DNA of 64,000 bases from Plasmodiophora brassicae (taxonomy: Eukaryota): positions 806,001 to 870,000 of the forward strand of contig CP145411.1 in NCBI GenBank assembly GCA_036867785.1, read 5' to 3'. Every line of letters starts with the position of its first letter. Within the stretch, counting starts at the first letter, position 1. The notes under the pieces were generated by a model that saw only the letters and a program-made list of their open reading frames with translations, did no database searches and was not told the DNA's origin. Shown here in pieces: positions 50,321-62,400 of the stretch. Position numbers and translations under genes: made by a program.

Positions 50321-53300
50321 GACGAGGATAATCAGCAACCCAGCACGCTAAGCTGACCTGTCTGAGGCCACATTTTCGAATTCCTCCGCGGTCGCTGCGC
50401 AATCACACCATACGTCCGGGCTTCAGACTCGGTGTGCGCCTGTCGCGTGTGCTCCAACAGTCACTCTGTCCAAGACCACAACTCGAGGATGTCTGGTGCG
50501 GAGACTAGGTACGCACCTTTCTCTGGAGGAATTCGAGAGGAATGCCCCCAGACGGGTCTGCTTTGCATGCATGGTTGTCGATTACTCGTCAGTGTTTGCG
50601 TTTAGCTGCCACCGTCAGCAGGTAATAAACACAACAGCGCGGTACGCATACCAGTTCGTTCACACTCACCTCATGTCAAGCTCGCTTTGTTGCCACGCGA
50701 AACCTTCCCCAACAGTCAACTCCCACGACTATGGCACCTGCGCTGGGTCAGCATACCGTTGGAAACGCGATATCCTGGATGGGCCGGCCTCCGCGTTGCA
50801 GCTCACTGGCAGCGCCTGCTCCAAAAACGTGAGGGCATGTAGTGTTACACTGTGTCGACGCGTTGACGTCGTCGTTGGGCCCCACCGTCACAGCGATATC
50901 TGCCGGGGCGCCCCCTGGTGTGTCTGCGGGTCGCGGGCGGCCCCGGCGGACTCCAGCGTCTATAATCTTCAATGAGCGATCCAGGTGGCGTTATCAGCAC
51001 CGATGCACGGGACCTGCTACCAGGTGCAAAGGACACGGCGCCTGGCCATGTTCCCAGCAGCGAATCGTGGTCCGAAGTCTGTCGATCCTGCAGGCAGGAT
51101 GTCGACGTTGGCCGGTCGCACCTAGATGATTTCATCCGGCAGTCGACCAAGCTGACCGCCGACCAGCGAGATAGTTTGCTTTCGACGGGCGGCGGCGCGG
51201 CGCTTCTCTGTACGCAGGATCCTCCCATCATGTTCAACGACAATTGTGTTGTTGTCTCCGTTACCGAATTGCTTGCCCTGCAACGTATACGAGACGACGG
51301 TGGCGACCGTACGTCCTGCATTTGTTACGCGTGCGCCGCTCTGGAAGGGTCATCAGAGGCCGCTCGTCAACTCGGTGTGTTGCTGGAAGTGGGCCTGGGC
51401 CTTTCCCAACCAAACCTGATGGCGGCGGCCGAATACTTCGCCCTAGCCGTGCAGAGCGGACTGACCCCCGCCTGGACAGACCTCGCTCGCGTTTACGCCC
51501 AGCTGTCACGTCACCCTAGCAATCGGCACGCGTTCCATACCCTCGAAACAATGTTTAGAAAGGCGGGCGACCATGACGGAACGTTCGCACTGGGCAGGTT
51601 TCTGGTTGAATTCGGGGCTGACAATGCTGACGCGGTTGCCGAAGGTCGCGGTCTGCTCACAAATTTAGCTGAGCAAGGCCATGCGCTATCACAACTGTTC
51701 GTCGCCAAGCTGGCGCTGAGAGACGATCGAGACGACGATGCTAAAGCCTGGCTAGAAGCATGCGCTAAGCAGAACGTTGCGGAGGCGCAGACCCTACTGG
51801 GATCACTATGCCTGCAATCAGGTCGCAATGTCCAAGCCATGCACTGGCTGGAACGCGCCGCTGAGCAACGCCACTCTGCTGCGATTTTCCAGATCGCCAC
51901 GACCATTGTAAAGTCGTCACCCGAACGCGCCAAATCCTTGTTCCGCGTCGTCATTGATCTGACTGAGGACAACGACGAACGTATCCACGCACAGTGCCAG
52001 TTGGGATTGCTACTTCTGCCATCAGATTCCGCAATCGACCTTCTGCAAGCAGCGGCTGACGCAGGCCATTTCGAGGCACAAACTCGTCTGGGGCTGGAGT
52101 ACCATCGGCGCGGGCGCGACCACGATGCGAAGACCTGGCTGGATAAAGCGGCGCAAGCTGATTGCGCCCGGTGCGATCCAGAGGCCCTACTCGTTCTTGC
52201 ACGAATGCTGGCGTCGAGTGGCGACGCGGGCCAGATGGACGATGCCATCCGATATGCAATGCAGGCCGCAGAGTGCGGCCTGCCACCTGCCATGCTGCTG
52301 ACTGCCGAGCTGATTCGAGGCCTGGACCAAGGACAGTCGCTGCAGTGGTTACGACGCGCTGCCCAGCTCCATGACCTGGCGCCGGCGCAGACGGCTCTAG
52401 GGCAATGCTACGAGCAAGGGTCCGGCGCCGACGGCAGTCGTGATATCCGGCAAGCCCTGCAATGGTACAAGAAGGCGAGCGCTCAGTCAGACACGGACGC
52501 CCAGTTCCTGCTCGGGATCGCGTATCAGGAAGGACGTCCTCCGGAGCTCCTGCCCGACCTGGCAACGGCAACGCGCTGGTTACGACTGGCAGCCGGCAAG
52601 GGTCATCTCCAGGCGCAAAGCCGCCTCGGTCGTCTATTGCTGGACGACGACACGACAGCTGACGAAGGTCGTGCCCTGCTGCGAAAGGCTGCCGGACGTG
52701 GCGACGTGTCCGCTCAAGCTGACCTGGCACGTCACCTGCAGAATCCGTCGGCGGAACACGCCGGCCGGGATGACCAGGACAGGCAACGGGTCGAGCACCT
52801 GCGCGAAGCTGCCTCGGATCGCTGCATTACGGCGATCATCGAATTGGCCCAGTACTACCAGCACCGGGGGCAAGGGCAGCTGGCGCGCCCGTTCCTGATC
52901 ACGGGCGCCGAGGACGGATCGTCGGAATGCCAGTTCATGCTGGCCGAGCTGGTGCTGTTCCACCGAGGCGTTGTCGATGGATCGCGGTTCGTGGCGGAAC
53001 CCCCTGGCGACGTCAACCAGGCGCTGTACTTCCTGCGACAAGCAGCCCTGGCGGGGCATTGGCCGGCCCAGATCGAACTGGCACGCCTGCACCGTATCGG
53101 TCTGTACGTCGACGTTGACCTGGACGAGGCTAGGCGATGGTTACGTGCGGGCGCGAACGCCGGCTGTGCAGAGGCGGCGTTCCTGTTGGCTGGATTGACG
53201 GACGACGACGACGAGCAAGCCAGGTGGTTGGAGCGGGCGTCTTCGCTCGGATCCGGCGATGCCCTGCTGGAGCAGGCCCGGCGCGCGCCTGCACCTGCGA

Positions 53301-54974
53301 AGGCGGACACGTTCTGGGAGTCGGCGGCGCGTGCTGGTAGCCTGGAGGCGATGGTCGAGATCGGCATGGCCCAGGAGACGCGACTCGATCGCCTGCACTG
53401 GATGCAGGTGGCGGCCGACGCCGGTGTCCCCAAGGCGCAGCTGTGGTTCGCCCATCAGGCGCTGCAGGAGCAGAAAGACGCGCAGACGTGGTATTCGTGG
53501 ATTGAACGGGCTGCCGATGGAGGTGACCCGGACGCCCAGCATGAGCTGGCGACGTGCCAGCATCATCCTCATCGGGACATCTGGCTACGTCGGGCTGCTC
53601 GTCGCGATTGCCCCGGCCCGTCAGACCAGGAGGCCAACGCTGCGGTCGACAATGAGTGCTTGGGCGACAACGACGTCGGTGACGACGACAGCATCGTGTC
53701 TGCGGCCAAGGCTGGCGACGGCGATGCACAGTTGACGCTGGCGTTCCGGATGGTTCGGGCGGGTTCCTGGGGTCAAGCGCGCCGCTGGCTGCGCAAGAGT
53801 GCCAGGGCGGGTGTTCGCAGGGCGCTGACCGCCTTAGCGCTCATGCATCTCTACCCTGTGGGCGACGGTCGTCGGCCGTGCAAGGCGCGGGCCATGTCGC
53901 TTCTGCAGGAGGCGTGCGATGCAGGCGATAGTCATGCCGCCTTCCTGATGAGCTTACACTGCTGGGGGCCTGACGAGTCGATCGCGCTTCTCAGGCGAGC
54001 AGCTGACGGGCACCATCCGCTGGCGATCGCCATGCTCCTGGCGCAAGGCATCCCAGGTGCAGTGTCCCTGGCAGGAGGGCAGGACCACGCCGAGGTGCTG
54101 TACCAACGGGCGCGGTCCACGCCTTCCGACGCGTTCGACCTGGCGACGAAGGCAGCGCGTTTGGGGCACGCGCGCGCTCAGGTACCTGTTTGCTGGCCTT
54201 GGTCCCGACACCGTCTCATTCTAACGGGGTCCATCTGGCTTCTTTGACAGTTGCTGGTTGGCGACTTGATCTCAGTTGGGTCGGGCGGGGCTCCGGCTGC
54301 CAGCGCCGACCGGGCGTTGATCTGGTACGACAAGGCGGCGAAGGCGCATCTGATCGAGGCGCAACTGCGCCTGGCGTCGGCTGTGACTGATGAGACGCGT
54401 TCGGTGTTCTGGCTCGAACAGGCCATCGCACAAGGCAGCCGTGATGCGTTCGTACGGCTGCAGGATCGATTGTCGGATCGGGCAATGGTCGCGGTCGACA
54501 AAGTGGTCGGCGTTGTCGATGACGCGTCGTGGGCAATGGTTGCCATTGCCGAACGCCGACCTGACGACCGACGTGCGCCGGTCCTGCTTGAGAAGGCGGC
54601 ATCGTTGGGCGACCCGAAAGCGCAGTACCTGCTCTGGAAGCGACTGCAACATGATGATCCCGCTCTCCTGCGAATTGCAGCTGACCAGGTGTATGCGCCC
54701 GCCTGCCTGGATTTGGCCCTGTGCCACTTGACGGGAACACGGGGTGTCGACCAGGACTGGGTCGCGGCTCGCCGAGTGCTGGAAACGTCAGCGGACGCCA
54801 CGGACGACGCCAATGCCATGGTTCTGCTCGCCTCTGTCTATGTCGAGATCGCGAAACGCCAGCCGACCTTTGCTGCGTCGTCGCCGTTGTTCGTTGCGCT
54901 TCAGTGGTCAAGTCGGGCCGCCTGTCTCGGCGATGCCCGTGGGCGATCACTGGCCGCCTCCATCATGCGCGAAC
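47437..54974. repeat. Long inverted repeat: arms 47437-50310 and 52101-54974 (2,874 bp each), 1,790-bp spacer
   Basis: The arms are reverse complements of equal length. The ORF track shows mirror-image ORFs. Confidence 0.97.
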
Positions 54975-56377
54975 TTGTTGGCCAGGACAAGGTGCTCAGC
55001 GAAGTCTTCGCCGACCACCTGGAGGAATGCCGGTTCGCAGTCGTGACCGTTGTTCACGAGATGGCCAGCGCGCTTGCCGGCGGTTGCGACGTGCACTCTC
55101 TTCGCGGGGTTACTCAGACCGTCCTGGGCATGATCGGGTATATGAAACCTCGTCGCCGCCCATGCCAGCGCCTTCATGGACGGCGCTGTGCTGTTGTTCA
55201 GGCAGTTCAACATCTGTCCGGCAGTGCCATTCCTGATGCCTGCCTGGCCGTGCACCTGTTACAAGTCGCTTCCTTCAAATCTGGTTGTAGCCAGGCTCAG
55301 CAGCTCCTGGGGCAGTTATACGGAATCGGCGATCGTGTTGGCCTGCCATCGACATCATCGACATCGCCCTGGTCCGTGTTCTGGTACAAGCGGTCGCTGG
55401 GTTCGGGCAACCATGATGCAGTAGAGACTCGTTTTGTCGGGTCTCAGAGCACGCGTATGATCCGCGCTGTCAGCTTGCACGTTGTATCTGATGCCTGTGG
55501 TAGAGCATGGCGATCACGTGTCTGTAACTGCGATGTCGGCCGCGGAGCACAGCCTGGTTATTGACGGCGATGTCGAAGCTGCCCTGAAGCAGTACAAGGC
55601 GGCAGCGTCCTCCGGAAACGTTGACGCCATGCTGTACCTGGCCAATGCTATCGATGCAGGCTTTGCGGGGCGATCCAATGCACAAGGTATTCGTTGTTGA
55701 TGTTGGTTACAGGTCAACGCTAAGAATACGGTGTGCTCCAGGTGCTCTGAAATGGTATCGTCGGGCGTGCAGGAGTGGGTCGAAGCAGGCGGCGCGGTGG
55801 CTAGCGTCATTGTTCCTGGCCGGGCGACATGTCGAACGAGACGTGGCCACGGCGTACGATTACCTCATGTACGCGCGCGAGCTGGGTGATGACAGTGAAG
55901 CGAGCAAGAAGTTAGTCAGCGCGCTCGTCGCTGAGTATCCAGGCGTCGCCGATACGTTCTCCTCCCGGCAAGGTAGTCTGCAGAATCCGTTTGTCGCTAC
56001 CGGGGTCACGCCTGATGTCTTTGGACGCAGAGCGCCGTCGTGCCGCTCGGGCGCTCTGTCTGGTGTTCAAGGTCCGCTCCGACACTGGCACAATGCGTCC
56101 AAGCGCGAACGCACCGCTGGGCGGCACCTTAGACCGGTCAACCGTGAAGAAGAAGAAGAACCGCCTATCGTCGACCCTGCCGCGACTGTTTACTCGAGAC
56201 AAGCATGCTGACATGCTTGACATCCGCGACGATGCCGCACAGGGCATGACGACTGCGCCGACAAGGACGTCGGCCAATCAGCAAACTCGTGACATCATTC
56301 ACGCTATCCTGGACATGGCCGGTACGACGCTCCTCCCAGTTGAGAGCACGTCGTCATCACTGATGTCGCCCAAGTAA
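50972..56377 (+). CDS. Large Sel1-like repeat protein, multi-exon
   Basis: 1091-aa first exon with many Sel1 repeats (AQFLLGIAYQEG...ATRWLRLAAGKGHLQAQ). Intron 54182-54250, further short introns, probable stop at 56377. Confidence 0.85.
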
Positions 56378-57244
56378 ACAAGCAGAGTGGCGACCGTTCG
56401 TAATTAACCGCCTGCTAGTGTTAAGTTTCGTTTCGGAAAGGACAGTCGTGTCGGGAGTGCTGCCGGCCGGTCCTCCCCATTGACGCTGAGGGAGGTGCCG
56501 TTCGTTGACTGAAGATGGCGACGAGTCGGTTGCGACATCCGATCACAACGACCGGTGCGTATTTCGCTAGCCGTTGTCAGGAACGACATGCCGCTGGCCA
56601 GGTGACTTCACTGTTTAAATAGTGGACATCTTGTCTCTTCGTGAGGGTGACGACCAACGTTGTTTCACGATCGGGCACACGTGTGTGGTCGATGTGGTGG
56701 TGAAGCACGAGGAAGCGAGACGTGCAGCGAGGGCCGTCAATTGCGCCGGCAGCGTGGTGCCTGGTCGCACATATCGCATGTGATTTCGATGTCTTTCGAC
56801 TTCTTCCTCGCCACATCGCAGGACCGCTGGCAACCCACTGTTTCAAAGAGAGCTGGCGTCCGCCTGCCACACAGAATACACGAGAGGACATGACCTGTTT
56901 CGATGCTGTGACGTCATATCGTCGTAAGACGGCTGTGGGGGTACGCGCTCTCGGCGCCTTCCTGGCCCTACCGTACCTTCGAAGTGATGGGGGCGTCAGT
57001 CGGCAGAAGACGGGGCTCCGGCTGGGTAAACACACGCACACACACAGAGAGGGGCTGTCCTCGCTGGACTCCGTGGGGCCCGTGGCGGAGTTACCGCGGG
57101 CGCCGGGTGCTCCGGTGTGGCAGTGACGCTCGGGGCGTACGCGTTGCAAGTCGGAACCCGACGTGAGCGCACCTTTGGGCGGTCGGACCCGACAGGCTGT
57201 CATAGCGAGGGGGACCTCATCCGCCATCGATCGTCGACCAGAAC

Positions 57245-57675
57245 ATGTCGCAGGAGGCACCGGCAACCGCCCCCGCTCCGGCCGAGCCGGCTGCGCCCAT
57301 GGCTGTCGATGACAACCAGCAGCCTCCCGCTGCCGATGCCGCGCCCGCCCCGGCACCGGAATCCAAGGTCAAACCCGAGGTTGTCCCCGCCGGCGCCAGC
57401 GAGCACGTCCAGCAGGCGGCGGCAGCCGCACAGCAACCTGCGCCGGAATCCTCTCTGGCCACTATGCCCGTCAGAGCATATCTGGACGAGACCGTCGTCC
57501 CGCTGCTGCTCCGAGGTAACACGCGATCGCGCGCCAACCAATTGTTGTCGTCTGAGCGGCGCGCGCGCTGTCAGGGATGCTGGAGCTGGCGAAGAAGAGG
57601 CCAGAAAACCCTGTGGAATGGTTGGGCAATTTCCTGCTGGCCAACAAGGATTCCGCTGTCAAACGCGAACAGTGA
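57245..57675 (+). CDS. DPY30: Dpy-30 domain protein
   Basis: SLATMPVRAYLDETVVPLLLRG|MLELAKKRPENPVEWLGNFLL. One intron. Confidence 0.9.
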
Positions 57676-57857
57676 GGCCGGTCGATCTTGTCTGCTTTTA
57701 AATACAACAGGCGGGGCCCATTCTACCTGTACGCTGGCGTGTGCCGCCCCCGTCACCGCCTATGATATGTCGCTCCGACAGTCCTGCGAACGTCCACCTA
57801 GTGTCGTATGTCGTATTGAGAGCATTGTGCAAAGGTGGTGGCGGAGGGGGTCCCGTA

Positions 57858-59283
57858 TCATATATGGAATAGGATTTGGCGGGCGTTGTGCCACATCCCG
57901 CCTCGGCTGTAGAAGACGGACGCGGCACGTACGTCTTCGGCGTCGACGCCGGGATCTGTTCAGGGAGCGCGGTCAGACTGATGCCCCAGCGTGAACCGAT
58001 CGGTGGCACGGACGGTGACGAAGGTCGTCCAGTTTCGCGTGCTCGTTCGTGGTGCGATTGAGCGCCAGCAGCCGCAAGTGGAACAAGGTGAACATCGTCC
58101 TGATCCAGCAGGATGGTCATTGACATGCCCCGCATTCCTAGGGCATTGTCTTACAGGGCAATGGCAACGGGAACGGAAAACATGAGCGACATCACAATCT
58201 CAGGGAATTTCCCTATCAGGTACTGGTGCCTCCAGTGAGTGGTTGAGATCCGCCCAAACAAACGCATGCATACACGCGCGACGTTGACGTAGGAGTTCGG
58301 TATGATGTGCCCCTGGGGATTGTACATGCGACGATGGAAGAGCCCCAGATGGTCCGTTATACTCTGCAGGGTGTTGTACATTTCGAAGGACATGTACAGC
58401 AGAGACACAGAATGCACGACGAGGAACGCCAGGAACGGAGCGACGTTGCCGGCACCGATGCACGTGTTCAGCCATATGCAATGATGATCTGGCGACGAAT
58501 CAGAGGCTGCGATCGGCGAAACCGTCATTTCCAACCGAATCGTTCAACGCAGGCGTTGCACCGCGAGCAATGCTTCGACCGGGCAATCTTCACAAACCGG
58601 CACGTGCGACAGACGACGCCGGGGCGGAACATTAAGCCGTCGAACGGGTACCGCCGCATCAGCCTCTTATGGTTCGACGCTGTGATGACGGCAGGACGCG
58701 ACCTGCACGCCCTCACGAACGTCGCCATGCACGCCGAATACAACGTCAGGAACGCCAGCCTTGCGAGCCACGTCGCATGTCAGCACATCAGGAACAGGGC
58801 ACAGACGGGCACTGGGTCCACCTACCGTCGCAGCGGTGTGGCGTACCTCCAGCACGACACGACGAATATGCCGATAACGGTGACAGACATGGACAGGTAC
58901 AGGGACGGCATCAATGGGTTCCGTTCGTGCGCCCAGTAATGCAGGACCCGCGCCAGCCTAGTACCACCGACGATTCAGGCGCCCGCTGTGCCGGTTCCGA
59001 AGCAGGATCGGCGTACGCGTCGAACCGGCGCTTCCCAAGCATCCTCCTGGACAGGGCGCGAACGCGCCTGCCCTGTCCATGCACCCAGCGCGTGACGCGC
59101 GCCACCCGCCCCGGATGTCGGTTGCCCGGGTCGCCATCCAGCATGCACCCGAACACGATCACCTATGTCGTGGCATTCGCTGTCGTCATCGACTGGACAC
59201 CCCCGCACCCGCCAACGCCCTCGTAGCCTCACGATGATGCCGAGCCAGCAGGCGGCGATGACGGCGAGCGCCACGACGAGCAT
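57858..59283 (-). CDS. DHHC palmitoyl acyltransferase, multi-exon
   Basis: CRTCRFVKIARSKHCSRCNACVERF|DHHCIWLNTCIGAGN, TTNE motif, and C-terminal FYSRGGMWHNARQILF. Confidence 0.92.
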
Positions 59284-59424
59284 GGCCCCTACGCGCGCCG
59301 TACCGGGGACGTGGGGCCCCACCCAAACGCCGACGGCGGAAACGAAATATCGTGGCGACGCCGCTGCTCAACGAACGCACGTTTCGTGCGTCTTGCAAGA
59401 CGCGGGCGCCGGAGGATTCACAGT

Positions 59425-62400
59425 TTATATGGTGGTGGTGGTGGTGGAGGTGGCGCTCGATAGCGAATGGATCAGGTGGTGCAGGCACGACCTGGCGGCC
59501 GCCATGCTGTGCGACGGCACCGAACTGGGGATGCCGTCCCCGGGCTCCTGGATCGCCGTGTTGGGCTGGTCGGTGAACAGGCGGACGGCGCTGGCGACCA
59601 GGTTGCAGGCCGACACCAGCATGTCGTCGGTCGTGGCCGCGTCCTCGTTGCTGAGCAGGACCTTCGCGAACGCGATGATGCCCTGGAAGTCGCCGACGAC
59701 GCTGCGGGCGCTGGGCTGGCGAAGGATGGCGGCACAGATACGCAACGCCATCGGCTGGTACCGGCAGTGTTCCCGCTCCAGAATCGAATGCAGCAACGCT
59801 AATGGCAACGTTCAGATCGCCATCGCAATGCAACAGATCGCATGGCAGCGTACCCGCACAGGCGGATGTGAACTCGGGAAAGAACGCCTCGACTAGACGA
59901 CGACACGATTCGTGCAGTAGTCGTTCGGCTTGCACGTCGACGTCGGCGCCGTCGCTCTGCACCTCCGACAGGTGTTCGGCAAAGACGTGGCTGAGATGAG
60001 GGGCTGGCTCTGAGAGTATACGAGTGAGGTGGGACAGTGCAGTCAGTCGGCCTGGCTCTTTCCGGCGATCCTTGTCGCCGGCACCTGCAGAAACGGTTAT
60101 ACCGACGTCGTCGAAGCAGAACGACGGTCGAGACGAACCCAAACAGAGCCACGGTAGGAAGCACATCGTAGTCGTCAAGTGGCGCCAGGACGTCGAGTCG
60201 GCAATTCGCTGCGGCACCTTATGATCCCCCAGCGTCAGCAGAAGTTCGCGAACGGACGCCTCGCATTCACTGTCGAACGCGCCTTGGATCAGAAGGGGTT
60301 GTATCCCGGTGAAATCCCGGACGAGGTCGGAAACGCAATGCAGGTCCGACAAGAACCCGCTGCGGAGGCAGATTTGGGCCAGGCGTAGAGCCGAGCAACA
60401 CAGTGGGGACGAGTTGCAATGCAGGACGCTGCATGCAGCAGCAAACATGATGCGAAGGTCGTCGGCAGATGTAGACGAATGAGCACAACCAATTAGAGCA
60501 TTCATCACGTTCAACGCCCCTGAGCAATAATAGATCACGATGTTGCCCGTCAACAACGAGAGCGAATGCAACATACCATCAGGTGGAGCCGATGCAGCGT
60601 ACCATTGCAGCCTGTCCAGTGCATCAAGCTCGAGCTGTAGGCAGCACAGCAAATGCAGCATGGCAGCAGGCGGGGACGGCAACCGACAATACAGTGTCAA
60701 GCACGTCGTCATCCGAGCAGAGTCCCGACATCGGATTGCGCCTGACAGACCCGTGATGCACCAGGTCCCGACCTCACGCATGACCTCATCCGGCAACGAC
60801 TGCTTCCCGGAATTCGTTGCATTCGATAGGCGAGCCGCGATGAGAGATACAACGAGGTCGGCTTCCGAGCCTCCATTCAAGAGTGCCCATGCTGCAATCG
60901 CTCCGAAATGATGCCGTAACTCACTCCAATTACTGGAGTGCAACAACGAACGGACCAAGGAAATCGGCACGAATGGGCGCTGGCTCGCAGGCACTGGAGA
61001 TGACAATGACTCGACCAGGTGGTCAGACTCTTCGCGACCGGGCGACCCCTGACGAAGGTCTTCGTATAACGGCGACAACAACAGATCAACCACTTTGACA
61101 CGGGCAGAAGGGACACTGGCGATGGCTATAACAGCATCCCCGCCACAGTCCCCGGCGGCAGCGTGCTTGACGATGATGCCAACGTTGTCCGGGTGGGATG
61201 CGAAAAGGTTCCAAATAGCCGACAAATGCACATGCCCTGACGTAAGTGCAAACAGGAACGCTTTGACATTGTCTGGTTGCGCCTGGTCCAGCTTCAATCG
61301 AGGCGCCATAGCAAGCACAATCTCGTCGTAATCGTGGGATAACAAGAGCTTCGTAGCGACAAGTAAAGACGTGTCGACCGGTAGATGCTCAGCGACGTAC
61401 CGGGTGACCAAACGTGCTCCGTCGCAGCGGTGATAATAGGTTGGCGCGTTCAGCAGAAAATGAACGTCTTTCCACAGCTGCTGTTGTGGAGTAATAACGA
61501 CGCATGATAAAATGGATCGCGCGGATGAGGTTACAGACGAATTCTCAGATAGCAACGCTTTCAGTGCAACAACGATGATTGAAGTCATGTGCCGGTGGAC
61601 AAGCATAGAAGGCTGGTACGGTAGAGCTGAGGCTAACGCAGACGCGACTAGCGGTGAAGATTCGCGTGCAATAAAGGCTGGGAGAAGACCACCAAAGTGA
61701 AATCGCAGGATATCGTTCAGCAGAGTCCCTGAAGCTTCGGATGACGCACATGAAAACAACCAGTTCAATGTGGAATCATCGTTTGTCATGGTTGTGGTGG
61801 TCAGACAGGGCCCAAGCTTGACCAGAGCTGTGACCGCGGCCACAGTGTCTCGTAAGGGAGCACCGGCCTGCTTAATAAACTGCAGCGCACGGTTCCTGAC
61901 CTGTTTCGTAAACAGGCGGAGGTGGCCCGAATTGTCGACAAAGCGATCATAGTGTTTGGACACTGTTCCGGACGACACGATGTGATCAAGCGCAGCGCTG
62001 AAGCGCTCGATCAAGTTAACCAGAGGCCGACCGGCAGTCGACGTTTCGATCTGAGTGGAAACAAGCTGAGTCAACCGAACAAATGCATCGGGATCAGCCA
62101 AGAGCCCCTGATCAAAATCGTGCGCTCGAGACAGGTGCTGCAGAAGAGAGATATGTTGCGGTCGTACTGGCTCATCAGATAAAATCGTCCTTACAGCGGA
62201 CCCTACACTCTGCCAATGTGTGTGAGAAAGTGCCCTGGCAAGGCTCGCATCAGATGGGCATTCAATGATCAAATATTCCCTACGTACTCATAACAGGAAA
62301 CCGGCGCGTCGTTCGCCATAGCAAGACGAAGAAACTGGGCAACGCTTTGTTCAACAGCAAAGATATGCGATACGGGCTGGCGAACGTTCGGGCCAGGACT

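Noticed and set aside
59186-59800. Arg/His-rich tail (HLHHHHHH) of the 1028-aa ORF
   Set aside because: Probably out-of-frame read-through past an intron. The frame ending at 59425 is more protein-like, and the tail would overlap the DHHC gene start.
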